In this document: piece after piece, positions 30,639 to 40,369 of the stretch
Numbering within the stretch: the stretch's first letter is position 1
How the letters are laid out: each line of letters starts with the position of its first letter
NCBI RefSeq assembly: GCF_021246445.1
Contig: NZ_JAJQXW010000002.1
Coordinates: forward strand, 372,001 to 436,000
DNA from: Rhabdothermincola salaria
GTDB taxonomy: Bacteria > Actinomycetota > Acidimicrobiia > Acidimicrobiales > Acidimicrobilacustridaceae
Direction of reading: 5' to 3'
DNA: 64,000 nt
Position numbers and translations under genes: made by a program
Notes under the pieces: model-generated
The model's input: only the letters and a program-made list of their open reading frames with translations
What the model was told of the DNA's origin: nothing
Databases searched by the model: none

Positions 30639-32615
30639 TCACAGCGCCGACCCGACGCGACGGCCGTCGATGACGGCGGTGTGGGCTCGGCGGGGGGCCA
30701 CGGCGTCGCCCACCCGGTGCACGGCGATCTCGGTGTCGGCCAACTCGTCGCGAAGGGCGTGGTACAGCCCGTCGGCGGGGGCGTAGGGCACGGCCAGGAC
30801 GACCCAGTCGGGCCTGCGTTCGCCCGGGGTGCCCGTGGGGTGGTGCATCGTCTGCACGACGGGTCCGTCGACGGCGTTGACGAGCGTGTCGGTGGTCTGG
30901 CGGATGCCCTTGGCGTGGGCCCGGATCCAGAAGTTCTCCTGGTCGAGGGTGATGCCCAGGTCCTGGCCCACGACCATGCCGGGGGTGATGATCTCGACGT
31001 CGCACCCGCGGTCGGCGAGGAGCTCGGCGACACTGGTGGCCTGGTGGAAGCCGAGTTCGTCGAACACGACGACGGAGCCCTCGGGGTGCACGTCGCCGCG
31101 CAGCACATCGAGCACGTCGACCACCGGCACCGCCTCGGCGTCGTCGGGCGACGGCGCCCACCACGGCCGCACGGGCACGGCCCCGGTGGCCACCACCACG
31201 ACGTCGGGGCGCATGGCCCTCACCAGTGCCGGGGTCACCTCCTCGCCGTACTTCACGGTGACGCCCAGGCGTTCGCTCTCGTGCACCAGGTTGCGCACGA
31301 TGTCGCCGAACTCGGCCCGGTTGGGCACGCTGGCGGCGAAGCGCACCTGCCCGCCCGGTTCGTCGTCACGCTCGACGACCGTGACCCGATGGCCGTGCTG
31401 GGCGGCGGTGATGGCGGTCTGCAGTCCGGCGGGGCCGGCGCCGACCACCAGCACGTCCTTGGGCCGTCCGACGGGGATGACCGGTCCGAGCTCGGCCTCG
31501 CGCCCGGTGCGGGGGTTCTCGATGCAACCCAACCAGCGGTTGAGGCCCATGCGGCCCACGCACTCCTGGTTGCACGACAGGCAGAGGCGGATGTCGTGGG
31601 CGTTGCCGGAGCGGGCCTTGGCCGCGAAGTCGGCATCCGCGATCTGGCCACGCACCACGCCGATGAGGTCGGCATGGCCCTCGGCGAGGGCCTTCTCGGC
31701 CTGCAGCGGGTCCTTGAACCGGCCCACCCCGACCACCGGGAGGTCGACGGCCTTGCGCAGGGCCGAGGGGATGAACATGGCGTACTCGGGCGGGATGTGC
31801 ATCGACGCCTCGATCATGAACAGCGAGGCGGTGGCCACGCCGATCGAGGTGTTGAGGTAGTCGACCTGGCCTCGGCCCTCGACCATGCGGGCCACCTCGA
31901 CGGTCTCGTCGAGGGTGATGCCGTCCTCGATGAGCTCGTCGCCGCAGAGGCGCACCCCGAGGGCGATGTTGCGCCCGATGGCCTCTCGCACCGCGGCCAC
32001 GATCTCGTGGAGGATGCGGGCCCGGTTCTCGAGACTGCCCCCGTAGGCGTCGGTGCGCTGGTTCGTGGCCCGGCTCAGGAAGCCCCGCACGATCGACGAG
32101 TGCGAGCACTGCAGCTCGATGCCGTCGAAGCCGCCCTCGACGCACCGGGCGGCCACAGTGGCGTAGCCCTCGACGATCTCGGCGATCTCTCGCCGGTCGA
32201 CGGCCTTGGGCACCTCGCGGAACAACGGGTCGGGAACCGCGGAGGGCGCCCACACAGGCAGACGGGTGTACATGCTCGACGCCTGGCCGCCGTTGTGGTT
32301 GATCTGAGCGAAGATCGGCACCCCGTGGCGGTGCACCGCCTCGGTGATGCGCTGGTAGCCCGGCACCACCTCGGGGTGGAAGGCGTGGATCATCTTCTCG
32401 TAGGGCCAGTCGGTCGGGTGGACCGAGTGCTCCTCGGTGATGATGAGCCCGGCGCCCCCGGCGGCGCGCGCCGCGTAGTACGCGGCGTGCTGCTCGGACG
32501 GCATGCCGTCCTCGGCGTAGTTGGTGAGGTGCGCCGAGAACACGATGCGGTTGGGGACGGTGACCGGCCCCAGGCGCAACGGCGAGAACAGGTAGCGGTA
32601 CTGGCCGCCGCTCAT
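30639..32615 (-). CDS. mycofactocin-system FadH/OYE family oxidoreductase 2
   Basis: NRIVFSAHLTNYA, HNGGQASSMY, CLSCNQEC, GAGPAG. Confidence 0.9.
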   Translation of the reverse strand: MSGGQYRYLFSPLRLGPVTVPNRIVFSAHLTNYAEDGMPSEQHAAYYAARAAGGAGLIITEEHSVHPTDWPYEKMIHAFHPEVVPGYQRITEAVHRHGVPIFAQINHNGGQASSMYTRLPVWAPSAVPDPLFREVPKAVDRREIAEIVEGYATVAARCVEGGFDGIELQCSHSSIVRGFLSRATNQRTDAYGGSLENRARILHEIVAAVREAIGRNIALGVRLCGDELIEDGITLDETVEVARMVEGRGQVDYLNTSIGVATASLFMIEASMHIPPEYAMFIPSALRKAVDLPVVGVGRFKDPLQAEKALAEGHADLIGVVRGQIADADFAAKARSGNAHDIRLCLSCNQECVGRMGLNRWLGCIENPRTGREAELGPVIPVGRPKDVLVVGAGPAGLQTAITAAQHGHRVTVVERDDEPGGQVRFAASVPNRAEFGDIVRNLVHESERLGVTVKYGEEVTPALVRAMRPDVVVVATGAVPVRPWWAPSPDDAEAVPVVDVLDVLRGDVHPEGSVVVFDELGFHQATSVAELLADRGCDVEIITPGMVVGQDLGITLDQENFWIRAHAKGIRQTTDTLVNAVDGPVVQTMHHPTGTPGERRPDWVVLAVPYAPADGLYHALRDELADTEIAVHRVGDAVAPRRAHTAVIDGRRVGSAL

Positions 32616-32616
32616 G

Positions 32617-34698
32617 TCAGTGCCCCCCGGTGAGGGTGGTGGGGTCGGTGGTGGCGGCGCGGCCGGCGCGGTCGCCGACGGGTCCGCCGGCCAGGGCACC
32701 GGTGAGCACGCTGGTGCCGTGACCCGGGTCCGGGCCGATGCCCTCGACGGCGAGGGCGGCCCGCCGGGCCTCGAGGACGGCTTCGTGGACCGTGCGCGGG
32801 GCGATGGCGTCGCCGGCGCGGGCGTGGCGCTCGCCCGTGGCCGCCCACAACGTGAGGTCGGGGACGCGGTGCGACGCGTCGACGACGGCGACGCACGCCA
32901 CCGTGGTGGCGACCGATGTGTAGCGGTCCTCCAGGCGGGCTCCGTCGGCGTCGACACCACGGAGAGCCACCCGCTTGTGGAGGGTGACGCCGAGCTGGGC
33001 CAGGCGCACATTGGCGGGGGCGAGATCGCCGGAGCGCGAGAGCAGCTGGCCCCCGATGACGTCGGGGGTGCCCATCTCCACCGGGCGCCCGCCGAGGGCG
33101 AGGGACTCGGCCACGGACACGCCGATGGGCCCGCCGAGTGGATCCCACACGAGGACGGGCCCGTCCGGCAGGCCGCCGGTGACATCGCCGGCACCGAGGG
33201 CGGCGAGCACCTCGCCGGCCGAGCGGACGACGGCGCCGGCGGCCGTGTCGAAGGCGGGCGCCACGTCGGTGCCCCCCGTCGCCAGCACGACGCGGCTGCC
33301 GGCGGCCGAGGCCGCCTCCACCTGGTCCGGGGTGAGGTCGGTGTCGAGCTCGAGGACGACCCCCAGCCGGCGGCACTCGTTGTCCAGCCAGTCGGCCAGG
33401 CGCGCCAGGTGGTGGCGTCCGGCGCCGGCCGCGGCCACCCGCAACGAGCCCCCGAGACGATCGGTGCGCTCAACGAGGCGGACGGTGTGCCCGCGCTCGG
33501 CCAGGACACGCGCCGCTTCCAGACCGGTGACTCCACCGCCGACGACGAGCACGTCGGTGGCGGCGCCGGTGCCGGTGCGGGCCCCGAGGGGGTCGTGGTC
33601 GACGGTCTCGTGACCGGAGCGGGGATCGCCCACGCAGGTGACCAACGGGTTGCGGGCGTCGCGCACCTGGCAGACCTGGTTGCACAGGATGCAGGGCCGG
33701 ACCCGTTCGGGCCCGAGGCGGAGGTGGGCCACCAGCTCGGCATCGGCGATCTGGGCCCGGGTCATCTCCACCGCGTCGCACCGACCCTCGGCCAGTGCCG
33801 CCTCGGCCATGGCGGGGTCGACGATGGAGCCCTGGGCCACGACGACGACCTCCGGCGCCACCGCGTGCACCACCTCTCGAACCTGGCGGACCAGGTCGAG
33901 GTTGAAGCCGGGCTCGGTGTGGCCGTCGGGGCGAGTGGCGTTGACCGAGAAGATGGAACCCCGAACGACCACCAGGTAGTCGACGTGCTCGGCCAGGGCG
34001 GCGGCCACCTCAGCGGCCGACTCCGGGGTGAGCCCGGCCCACGGGGCCAATTCGTCGCACGACAGGCGCATGCCCAGCACCCGGTCGGGGCCGATGGCGG
34101 CACGCACGGCAGCGAGGACCTCGCGGGCGAAGCGGAGCCGGTCGGCGCCGTAGTCGTCGCCGCGCATGTTGGTGAGCCCGGAGAGGAACTGGCGGACCAA
34201 CGAGTACTGCCCGGCGTTCACCTCCACGCCGTGCAACCCGGACGAGGCCGCCAACGACGCCGCGTCGCCGAAGCCGGCGACGACCGCGTCGATGTCGGCT
34301 GCCTCCATCACCTTGGGCACCTCGCGGCTGTTCACCTCGGGCACCGCTGAGGGGGCCCAGAGCTCGCGCTGGCTGTAGGCCGACGACCCCTGTCCGCCGG
34401 CGTGGCCGATGGCGGCCAGGGCCACCGCGCCGTGGCGGTGGGCCGCCTCGGCCAACACGGCCCACCCCGGACCGCACTCACCGGCCAGCGGCGCGCGTTC
34501 GTAGGGCCAGTCGCTCGGGTGCACCGACGCCTCTTCGGCCACGACGACGCCGCAGCCGCCGGCCAGGCGGCGCTCGTAGTAGGCGAGGTGGCGTTCGGAG
34601 AAGGCCCGCCCCCGACCAAGGTTGGTCTCGTGGGGTCCGAACAGGATGCGGTTGGGTGCGGTGACCGGCCCGAGAGCGACGGGCTCGAGCAGCTTCAC
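32617..34698 (-). CDS. mycofactocin-system FadH/OYE family oxidoreductase 1
   Basis: NRILFGPHETNL, HAGGQGSSAYS, CILCNQVC, GGGVTG. Confidence 0.9.
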   Translation of the reverse strand: MKLLEPVALGPVTAPNRILFGPHETNLGRGRAFSERHLAYYERRLAGGCGVVVAEEASVHPSDWPYERAPLAGECGPGWAVLAEAAHRHGAVALAAIGHAGGQGSSAYSQRELWAPSAVPEVNSREVPKVMEAADIDAVVAGFGDAASLAASSGLHGVEVNAGQYSLVRQFLSGLTNMRGDDYGADRLRFAREVLAAVRAAIGPDRVLGMRLSCDELAPWAGLTPESAAEVAAALAEHVDYLVVVRGSIFSVNATRPDGHTEPGFNLDLVRQVREVVHAVAPEVVVVAQGSIVDPAMAEAALAEGRCDAVEMTRAQIADAELVAHLRLGPERVRPCILCNQVCQVRDARNPLVTCVGDPRSGHETVDHDPLGARTGTGAATDVLVVGGGVTGLEAARVLAERGHTVRLVERTDRLGGSLRVAAAGAGRHHLARLADWLDNECRRLGVVLELDTDLTPDQVEAASAAGSRVVLATGGTDVAPAFDTAAGAVVRSAGEVLAALGAGDVTGGLPDGPVLVWDPLGGPIGVSVAESLALGGRPVEMGTPDVIGGQLLSRSGDLAPANVRLAQLGVTLHKRVALRGVDADGARLEDRYTSVATTVACVAVVDASHRVPDLTLWAATGERHARAGDAIAPRTVHEAVLEARRAALAVEGIGPDPGHGTSVLTGALAGGPVGDRAGRAATTDPTTLTGGH

Positions 34699-34720
34699 GG
34701 GGTGCGGCCCTGCGCCATGC

Positions 34721-35908
34721 TCAGCCGCCCGACGGAGCGAGCGGGAGGAGGGTGCGCTCGGCCTGGCGGCCCCGTTCGGCGTCGAACGACGACCGACCCT
34801 TGCGGGTGAGGCTGACCGGCTTGGAGTGGTCGGCGCTGACGGTGGGGCGCACCACCTCGCCGTCGGCGGCGAGGGCGGCGAGGGCGTCCTCACCGTGGCC
34901 GAACACGCACTCCGGGTCGGGGGCGTCGAGGGGCAGGCCGGTGAAGAACTTGGCGGCCATGCACCCGCCTCCGCAGGCGTCGTAGCTGCCGCACGAGGCG
35001 CACGCGCCGGGCGACGACGGTTCGCGCAGCGAGGTGAACAGGTCGCTCGAGTTCCACACGGCGGCGAACCCGCCCTCGTCGCGGATGGAGCCGGCCTTGA
35101 ACTCGTCGTGGAGCACGAACGGGCAGGCGTAGACGTCGCCGACGGGGTCGATGAGGCAGACCACCCGACCGGCGCCGCACAGGTTGAGGCCGGGAAGGGG
35201 CTCGCCCAGCGCGGAGAGGTGGAAGAACGAGTCGCCGGTGAGCACGTGGGGGCGCTCGAGCAGCCAGTGGTAGAGGTCGCGCTGCTGCTGAGCGGTGGGG
35301 TGCAGGTCGTGCCAGGTCTCGATGCCACGGCCGGAGGGACGGAAGCGGGTGAGGCGCAGCTCGGCGCCGTACTCGTCGGCGAGGGCCTCGTAGGCGTCGA
35401 CCTGCTCGACGTTCTGGCGGGTCATGACCACGCTGAGCTTGAACGAGCCGAAGTCGGCGTCGCGCAGGTGGTCCATGGCCCGGCGCACCCGGGCGTGGGT
35501 GCCCTCGCCGCGCACGGCGTCGTTGGTGGCCTCGTCGACGCCGTCGAGGGAGATCTGGATGTCGACGTAGTCCATCGCCGCCAACCGGCGGGCGCTCTCG
35601 GCGGTGATGCGGCCGCCGTTGGTCGAGAACTTCACGCCGACGCCCTTGGCCACGCAGTACTCGACGATCTCGAAGAAGTCGGTGCGCAACATGGGCTCGC
35701 CGCCGCCGATGTTCACGTAGAACACCTGCATCTCGGCCAGCTGGTCGACGACGGCCTTCATCTCGTCGGTGGAGAGCTCGTTCGGGTCGCGGCGCCCCGA
35801 GCTCGAGAGGCAGTGCACGCACTGCAGGTCGCAGGCGTAGGTCCACTCCCAGGTGAGGCAGATGGGAGCGTTGAGGCCGAGGGTCAGCTCGTCGGTGAGA
35901 GCGGTCAT
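34721..35908 (-). CDS. mftC: mycofactocin radical SAM/SPASM maturase
   Basis: APICLTWEWTYACDLQCVHC (CxxxCxxC), NIGGGEP; SPASM CGAGRVVC...CASCGSYDACGGGC. Confidence 0.97.
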   Translation of the reverse strand: MTALTDELTLGLNAPICLTWEWTYACDLQCVHCLSSSGRRDPNELSTDEMKAVVDQLAEMQVFYVNIGGGEPMLRTDFFEIVEYCVAKGVGVKFSTNGGRITAESARRLAAMDYVDIQISLDGVDEATNDAVRGEGTHARVRRAMDHLRDADFGSFKLSVVMTRQNVEQVDAYEALADEYGAELRLTRFRPSGRGIETWHDLHPTAQQQRDLYHWLLERPHVLTGDSFFHLSALGEPLPGLNLCGAGRVVCLIDPVGDVYACPFVLHDEFKAGSIRDEGGFAAVWNSSDLFTSLREPSSPGACASCGSYDACGGGCMAAKFFTGLPLDAPDPECVFGHGEDALAALAADGEVVRPTVSADHSKPVSLTRKGRSSFDAERGRQAERTLLPLAPSGG

Positions 35909-36198
35909 GAAGGGTCCTTCGGGACGATGAACGATCCGGCGGCCAACGAGGTGAGGGCCTTCTCGAACGATGGCCAGCGGCGCTCGTCGAGGCCGGCAGC
36001 GGCGAACGCGTGACGGGCGTCGGGCGCCGCCTCCAGCCCTTCGACGACGGTGACGAGGTCGGGCGAGCGCAGGAACGTGAGGCGCCGGTTGCCGTAGTGG
36101 TAGGCGAGCGCGCCGAACGGCTCGGGCCGCAGGGCGACCCGTTCGTGCAATCGCCAGGGGCGGTCGGCGTCGAAGGTGGCGGTGACGGCGGTGCTCAT
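35905..36198 (-). CDS. mftB: mycofactocin RRE chaperone
   Basis: VALRPEPFGALAYHYGNRRLTFL; ATGA overlap with mftC. Confidence 0.96.
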   Translation of the reverse strand: MSTAVTATFDADRPWRLHERVALRPEPFGALAYHYGNRRLTFLRSPDLVTVVEGLEAAPDARHAFAAAGLDERRWPSFEKALTSLAAGSFIVPKDPS

Positions 36199-36247
36199 GC
36201 GGCGCCGGCACGAAGGACGGGGTCCCGCGTGCCTCGGGGCGGCTCGA

Positions 36248-36376
36248 TCAGTAGACGCCGCACATGCCGTCGATGGAGATCTCCTCGATGAGGAGCTCCT
36301 CTTCGACGACCTCGGGGTCGGCGGCGGTGTCGACCTCGGGCTCGGTGGCGTCGGTGCGCTCCATGGTCTGCTCCAC
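36248..36376 (-). CDS. mftA: mycofactocin precursor peptide (42 aa from GTG 36376, or 38 aa from ATG 36364)
   Basis: Not in the ORF track. Manual translation MEQTMERTDATEPEVDTAADPEVVEEELLIEEISIDGMCGVY* ends in the hallmark IDGMCGVY. Confidence 0.98.
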   Translation of the reverse strand: MEQTMERTDATEPEVDTAADPEVVEEELLIEEISIDGMCGVY

Positions 36377-36412
36377 GGGTGTCCCCCTCTGGACGAATCG
36401 GGCGAGTGGCCC

Positions 36413-36418
36413 ATCCTA
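36413..36418 (-). promoter_or_regulatory. -10 element TAGGAT for the mftA arm
   Basis: TANNNT 36 nt upstream of mftA, followed by a GAGGGGG RBS. Confidence 0.5.
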
Positions 36419-36457
36419 CCGGTGGCCCCCGTCGCGCTGGCCAGACGGGCGCCGTTC

Positions 36458-37459
36458 TCAGACCAGCGGGTGGTGGCCCGGGACCTCCACGTGCGGTGTG
36501 TCGAGGTACACCTTGGCCTCGGGCGAGCCCTGGAAGCGGCCGTGGCTCCACCGCACCTCGACGTGGCCCTCGACCACCCGGTCGACGTCGGCCTGGCGGT
36601 CGCGCACCACCGCACGCCATCCGACCTCGGGCTGCCCAGCCGACCGCCCGAAGGTGTCGAGGCTGCGCAGCTCGAAGGCCTGCACCCAGTCCCAGGTCGA
36701 CCCGATGCGCAGTCGCAGGTGCGTGCGACCGTCGGCTCCGAGCACGAAGTACGGGGCGTCGCCGATGCGCACCAGGCGCCAGAACATCCGCAGCCGGCGC
36801 CGCCGGTCGCCGAGGGAGGCGTCCCAGCGCCGGGCCGAGCCGGTCGCGACCGCGTCGCACAGGTGGGCCCAGGGGGCTCGCAGCTCGTCGGGCCAGGCGC
36901 GGCCCCGCAGCTGGCGCTTGAGCACCTCGCGATGGGCGCGGTCGAGGTCGTCGACGTGGTCGGGCAGGCTCGCGGCGCCCACGTGGTCGCGCACCGTGGC
37001 GTAGAGCATCTGGTACTCGGCCGGGGCCACCGTGGCGAACCAGTCGCCGCCGGAGCGCTCCTCGCCGACGAGCAGGCGGTCGAAGAGCCGGGCGGGGCCG
37101 GCGTTGACGGTGATCCTCGACAGGTACTTGCAGCTGACCTGGTACACGTGGTCGATGCGCAGGTCGGCGGGCACCACGTCGTCGCCGGGTGGCCGGTGCG
37201 GGCCCTTCCACTCCACCAGGCGGGGCGGGCGGCCCCGGAGGCCGTCGAGGGCGGCCAGGAAGGCCCGTCCGTTGGCGAAGGCGGTGGCGAAGGCGTCGTC
37301 GTGACCACCCTCCAGGCGGGCGGCGACCACGCGCTCCCAGGTCTGGTCGGGGACCTGGCGCAGCTCCCCGGGCCGTCGGGCCAGCGCGCCGTCGAGGTCC
37401 TCGGCCATGGTGCCGAGCGCGGTGGCCAGCTCGGTGATCTCGGTGAGCAGCGAGGACAT
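36458..37459 (-). CDS. putative PD-(D/E)xK-superfamily restriction endonuclease-like protein
   Basis: PADLRIDHVYQVSCKY resembles a D-x(n)-S-x-K nuclease site; starts 17 nt after a DNA MTase stop. The CDS is clear; the function is inferred. Confidence 0.55.
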   Translation of the reverse strand: MSSLLTEITELATALGTMAEDLDGALARRPGELRQVPDQTWERVVAARLEGGHDDAFATAFANGRAFLAALDGLRGRPPRLVEWKGPHRPPGDDVVPADLRIDHVYQVSCKYLSRITVNAGPARLFDRLLVGEERSGGDWFATVAPAEYQMLYATVRDHVGAASLPDHVDDLDRAHREVLKRQLRGRAWPDELRAPWAHLCDAVATGSARRWDASLGDRRRRLRMFWRLVRIGDAPYFVLGADGRTHLRLRIGSTWDWVQAFELRSLDTFGRSAGQPEVGWRAVVRDRQADVDRVVEGHVEVRWSHGRFQGSPEAKVYLDTPHVEVPGHHPLV

Positions 37460-37476
37460 GGCGCGCCCGACCCGAC

Positions 37477-38985
37477 CTAGGTGGGGTCGGTGTCGTCGGC
37501 GCGGGCCAGGTCGGCGTCGGTCCAGAAGCCGGACAGGGGCCCGGAGCGGTCGCCGGCGGCGTAGGCGGCCAGGCGGTCGAGGTCGCCGGCGCGACCCAGG
37601 TCGACCACGTCGAAGAGCACCGTCGGGCCGGCGGCGCGCAGGGCCACGTCGCCCTCGGCGTTGCGCTTCGGTCGGGCGGTGGTGAGCACGACGTAGCGAG
37701 CGGCGCCGTCGGCGGTGCCCCGCAACGCGCCGCGCACCGCCGCGGCCCGGCCGAGGGTGCGCCACACCACCTCGTTGCGCAGGAGCCCGCCGCGGTGGCT
37801 GGCGGCCGGGCCGGCGACGTCGAACCACCAGCGTCGCCCCGCCGCGTCGCGGGCGGTGAGCGTGACCGCCACCCCGCTGCGGGGCACCTTCACGCTGTGA
37901 CCGTCGACGCCGAACCCGGCCCGTTCGAGGGCGGCCTCGGCCCGCTTCGGGGCGGCCAGGCCGGGGTCGTGGGCGGGCTCGCCTCCACCCACCGGGTGCG
38001 CGGCCCCGTCTTCGCCGCCGCCGTACTCGCCGCCATTGGTGGCGTCGAGCTCCGCGGCGACCACCCTCTCGCGGGCGATGTCGACGTAGGTGGGGTCGAG
38101 GTCGTAGCCCACGTAGCGCCGACCCAGGCGAGCGGCGGCCGCGAGGGTGGAGCCGCTGCCCATGAACGGGTCGAGCACGAGGTCGTCGGCGAAGGTGTAG
38201 AGACGGATGAGCTTTTCAGGCAGTTCCACCGGGAACGGAGCGGGGTGGCCGACCCGGCGAGCACTCTCGGGGGGGATGGACCACACGTCGAGGGTGAGGG
38301 CCATGAAGTCGTCGGTGCCGATGGTGCTGCGGTGGGGCAGACCCTTGGTCTGGCGCTTCTTCGCCGACAGGGCCCGGTCGAAGCGGCCCTTGCTGGCGAT
38401 GACGATGCGCTCGGTGATGTCGCGCAGCACCGGGTTGGTGGCGCTGCGGTACGAGCCCCAGGCACAGGACCCGCTGGCCCCTTCGGCCTTCTGCCACACC
38501 ACCTCGCCCCGCAGCAGCAGGCCGAGGTCGTCCTGGAGGATGCGGATGACGTCGGCCGAGAGCGAGCGGTAGGGCTTGCGGCCGAGGTTGGCCACGTTGA
38601 CGGCGATGCGGCCACCCGGTTCGAGCACCCGGGCGCACTCGGCGAACACGTCGCGGAGCATCTCAAGGTACTCGAGGTACGAGGCGGGCACGCCGTCGCG
38701 TGCGAGCTCCTCCTCGTACTGTTTCCCGGCGAAGTAGGGGGGTGAGGTGACGACGAGGGCCACCGACCCATCGGCCACGGCGTCCATCCGCCGGGCGTCG
38801 CCGCACACGAACGGGTCGGCGACCGGCTCGGGGGAGGCCACGACGTCGTCGGTGGTCAGCTCCGGGGGACGGAACCGCCCGTAGAAGCCCGAGGCGTCGT
38901 GGCTCTCGCGCTTGGACACACCGAAGTTGGAGGTGGTCGTGCCGCGGCGACCGCGCGCTTCTGGATCGCCACCCTTGCCGGCCAC
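37477..38985 (-). CDS. beta-class amino (N4-C/N6-A) DNA methyltransferase with extra C-terminal domain
   Basis: Motif IV TSPPY N-terminal, HPAPFPVEL, motif I DPFMGSGST; ~150-aa C-terminal extension. Confidence 0.92.
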   Translation of the reverse strand: MAGKGGDPEARGRRGTTTSNFGVSKRESHDASGFYGRFRPPELTTDDVVASPEPVADPFVCGDARRMDAVADGSVALVVTSPPYFAGKQYEEELARDGVPASYLEYLEMLRDVFAECARVLEPGGRIAVNVANLGRKPYRSLSADVIRILQDDLGLLLRGEVVWQKAEGASGSCAWGSYRSATNPVLRDITERIVIASKGRFDRALSAKKRQTKGLPHRSTIGTDDFMALTLDVWSIPPESARRVGHPAPFPVELPEKLIRLYTFADDLVLDPFMGSGSTLAAAARLGRRYVGYDLDPTYVDIARERVVAAELDATNGGEYGGGEDGAAHPVGGGEPAHDPGLAAPKRAEAALERAGFGVDGHSVKVPRSGVAVTLTARDAAGRRWWFDVAGPAASHRGGLLRNEVVWRTLGRAAAVRGALRGTADGAARYVVLTTARPKRNAEGDVALRAAGPTVLFDVVDLGRAGDLDRLAAYAAGDRSGPLSGFWTDADLARADDTDPT

Positions 38986-39179
38986 GAGGCCACCCTAGCG
39001 CCAGGGCGAACACACGCGCGACCTCACCGCGCCCCGTCCAGACCCTCCCCCGGTGTCGCCCCCGACGCGCGACCGAACCCCGCTTCTCGCATGTCCTCGT
39101 CGCTCTCTGCGACGTCGCGATCATGCAGGAACGGGAGTGGGCTGTGACCGTCGACCGCAGTGGGCCGTAGGATCAGCCC

Positions 39180-39518
39180 ATGGCCCTCGCCTCCACCACC
39201 AGCAGCGCCGGTGCCCCCACGGGGGTTCCCGCCTGGGCGCCGATGAGCTTCGAGGACCGCATGGCCACCGTCGACTTCCGGGTGGCCCCCGACGCCCACA
39301 TCGTCGTCGACAACGAGGTGTGCCAGGGCTGCCCGGCCAAGCAGTGCATCCACGCCTGCCCGGCCAACCTCTTCGTGCCCACCAGCGACGGGGGCATCCT
39401 GTTCAACTACGAGCAGTGCTTCGAGTGCGGCACCTGCTACATGGTCTGCAACAACGAAGGGGCCATCACCTGGGCCTATCCCGAGGGCGGGCACGGCGTC
39501 GTGTTCCGCCGCGGCTGA
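39180..39518 (+). CDS. fixX: FixX-like ferredoxin
   Basis: CQGCPAKQCIHACP...CFECGTCYMVC...WAYPEGGHGV; TAGGAT 6 nt before the ATG. Confidence 0.88.
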   Translation: MALASTTSSAGAPTGVPAWAPMSFEDRMATVDFRVAPDAHIVVDNEVCQGCPAKQCIHACPANLFVPTSDGGILFNYEQCFECGTCYMVCNNEGAITWAYPEGGHGVVFRRG

Positions 39519-39538
39519 CCCGGGACGGACGGCCGAAC

Positions 39539-40369
39539 GTGCGCATCGCCGTGTGCCTGAAGTGGGCCGACCTGCGGCCCGAGGTCGACCCCCTCAGCGG
39601 CGAGGTCGTCCACGACGAGCGCTTCTTCGACGCCTCCGAGGCCGACAAGGGCGCCCTCGAGTGGGGCCTGCGCCTGGCCGAGCGCTGGGGCGCCCGCCTC
39701 ACCGTCGTCACCGCCGGGCCCGCCGGAGCCGACCCCGTCCTGCGCGACGCGCTCGCCCTCGGCGCCCACGACGCCCGGCGCGTCGACATGGCGCTCGATC
39801 GTCCCAGCGAGCACGTGGCCGCCGCCCTGGGCTCGGCCGTCCAGGGAGCCGACCTGGTGCTGTGCGGGGTGCACAGCGTCGACCGCGGTTCCGGGTCGGT
39901 GCCGGCCCTGCTGGCGGCCCGGCTCGGCGCCGCCCAGGCGCTCGGGGTCATCGCCGTCGCGCCCGGCGCAGCGGGCGAGCTCACCGTCGACCGCCGTCTC
40001 GACTTCGGACGTCGCGAGCGCCTGCGGGTGGCCGGGCCGGCAGTCGTGTCGCTCGAGGGCGGCCTGGCCGAGTTGCGGCGTGCGCCCCTGGCCTCGGTGC
40101 TGGCCGCCCGCACCGCACCCATCACCGTGGTCGACGCCGGCCTGGCCCCCCAGCGCGCCACCGTGCGCGTCGAACACCGGCGCGCCTACCGGCCCCGCGC
40201 TCGGGTGATGCATGCGCCCGATCCGTCGGCGCCGGTCAACGAACGCATCATCGCCCTCACGGGCGCCCTCACCGAACGCACCCCACCGCGCACGGTCGCC
40301 GCCGAGCCCGACGAGGCCGCCGACGCCATCGTCGAGCAGCTCCGTGGTTGGGGCTACCTGCAGCCATGA
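39539..40369 (+). CDS. etfB: mycofactocin-associated ETF beta subunit (FixA-like)
   Basis: RIAVCLKW, ALEWGLRL, DLVLCG.HSVDRGSGSVPALLA, RRLDFGRRE. Confidence 0.9.
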   Translation: MRIAVCLKWADLRPEVDPLSGEVVHDERFFDASEADKGALEWGLRLAERWGARLTVVTAGPAGADPVLRDALALGAHDARRVDMALDRPSEHVAAALGSAVQGADLVLCGVHSVDRGSGSVPALLAARLGAAQALGVIAVAPGAAGELTVDRRLDFGRRERLRVAGPAVVSLEGGLAELRRAPLASVLAARTAPITVVDAGLAPQRATVRVEHRRAYRPRARVMHAPDPSAPVNERIIALTGALTERTPPRTVAAEPDEAADAIVEQLRGWGYLQP

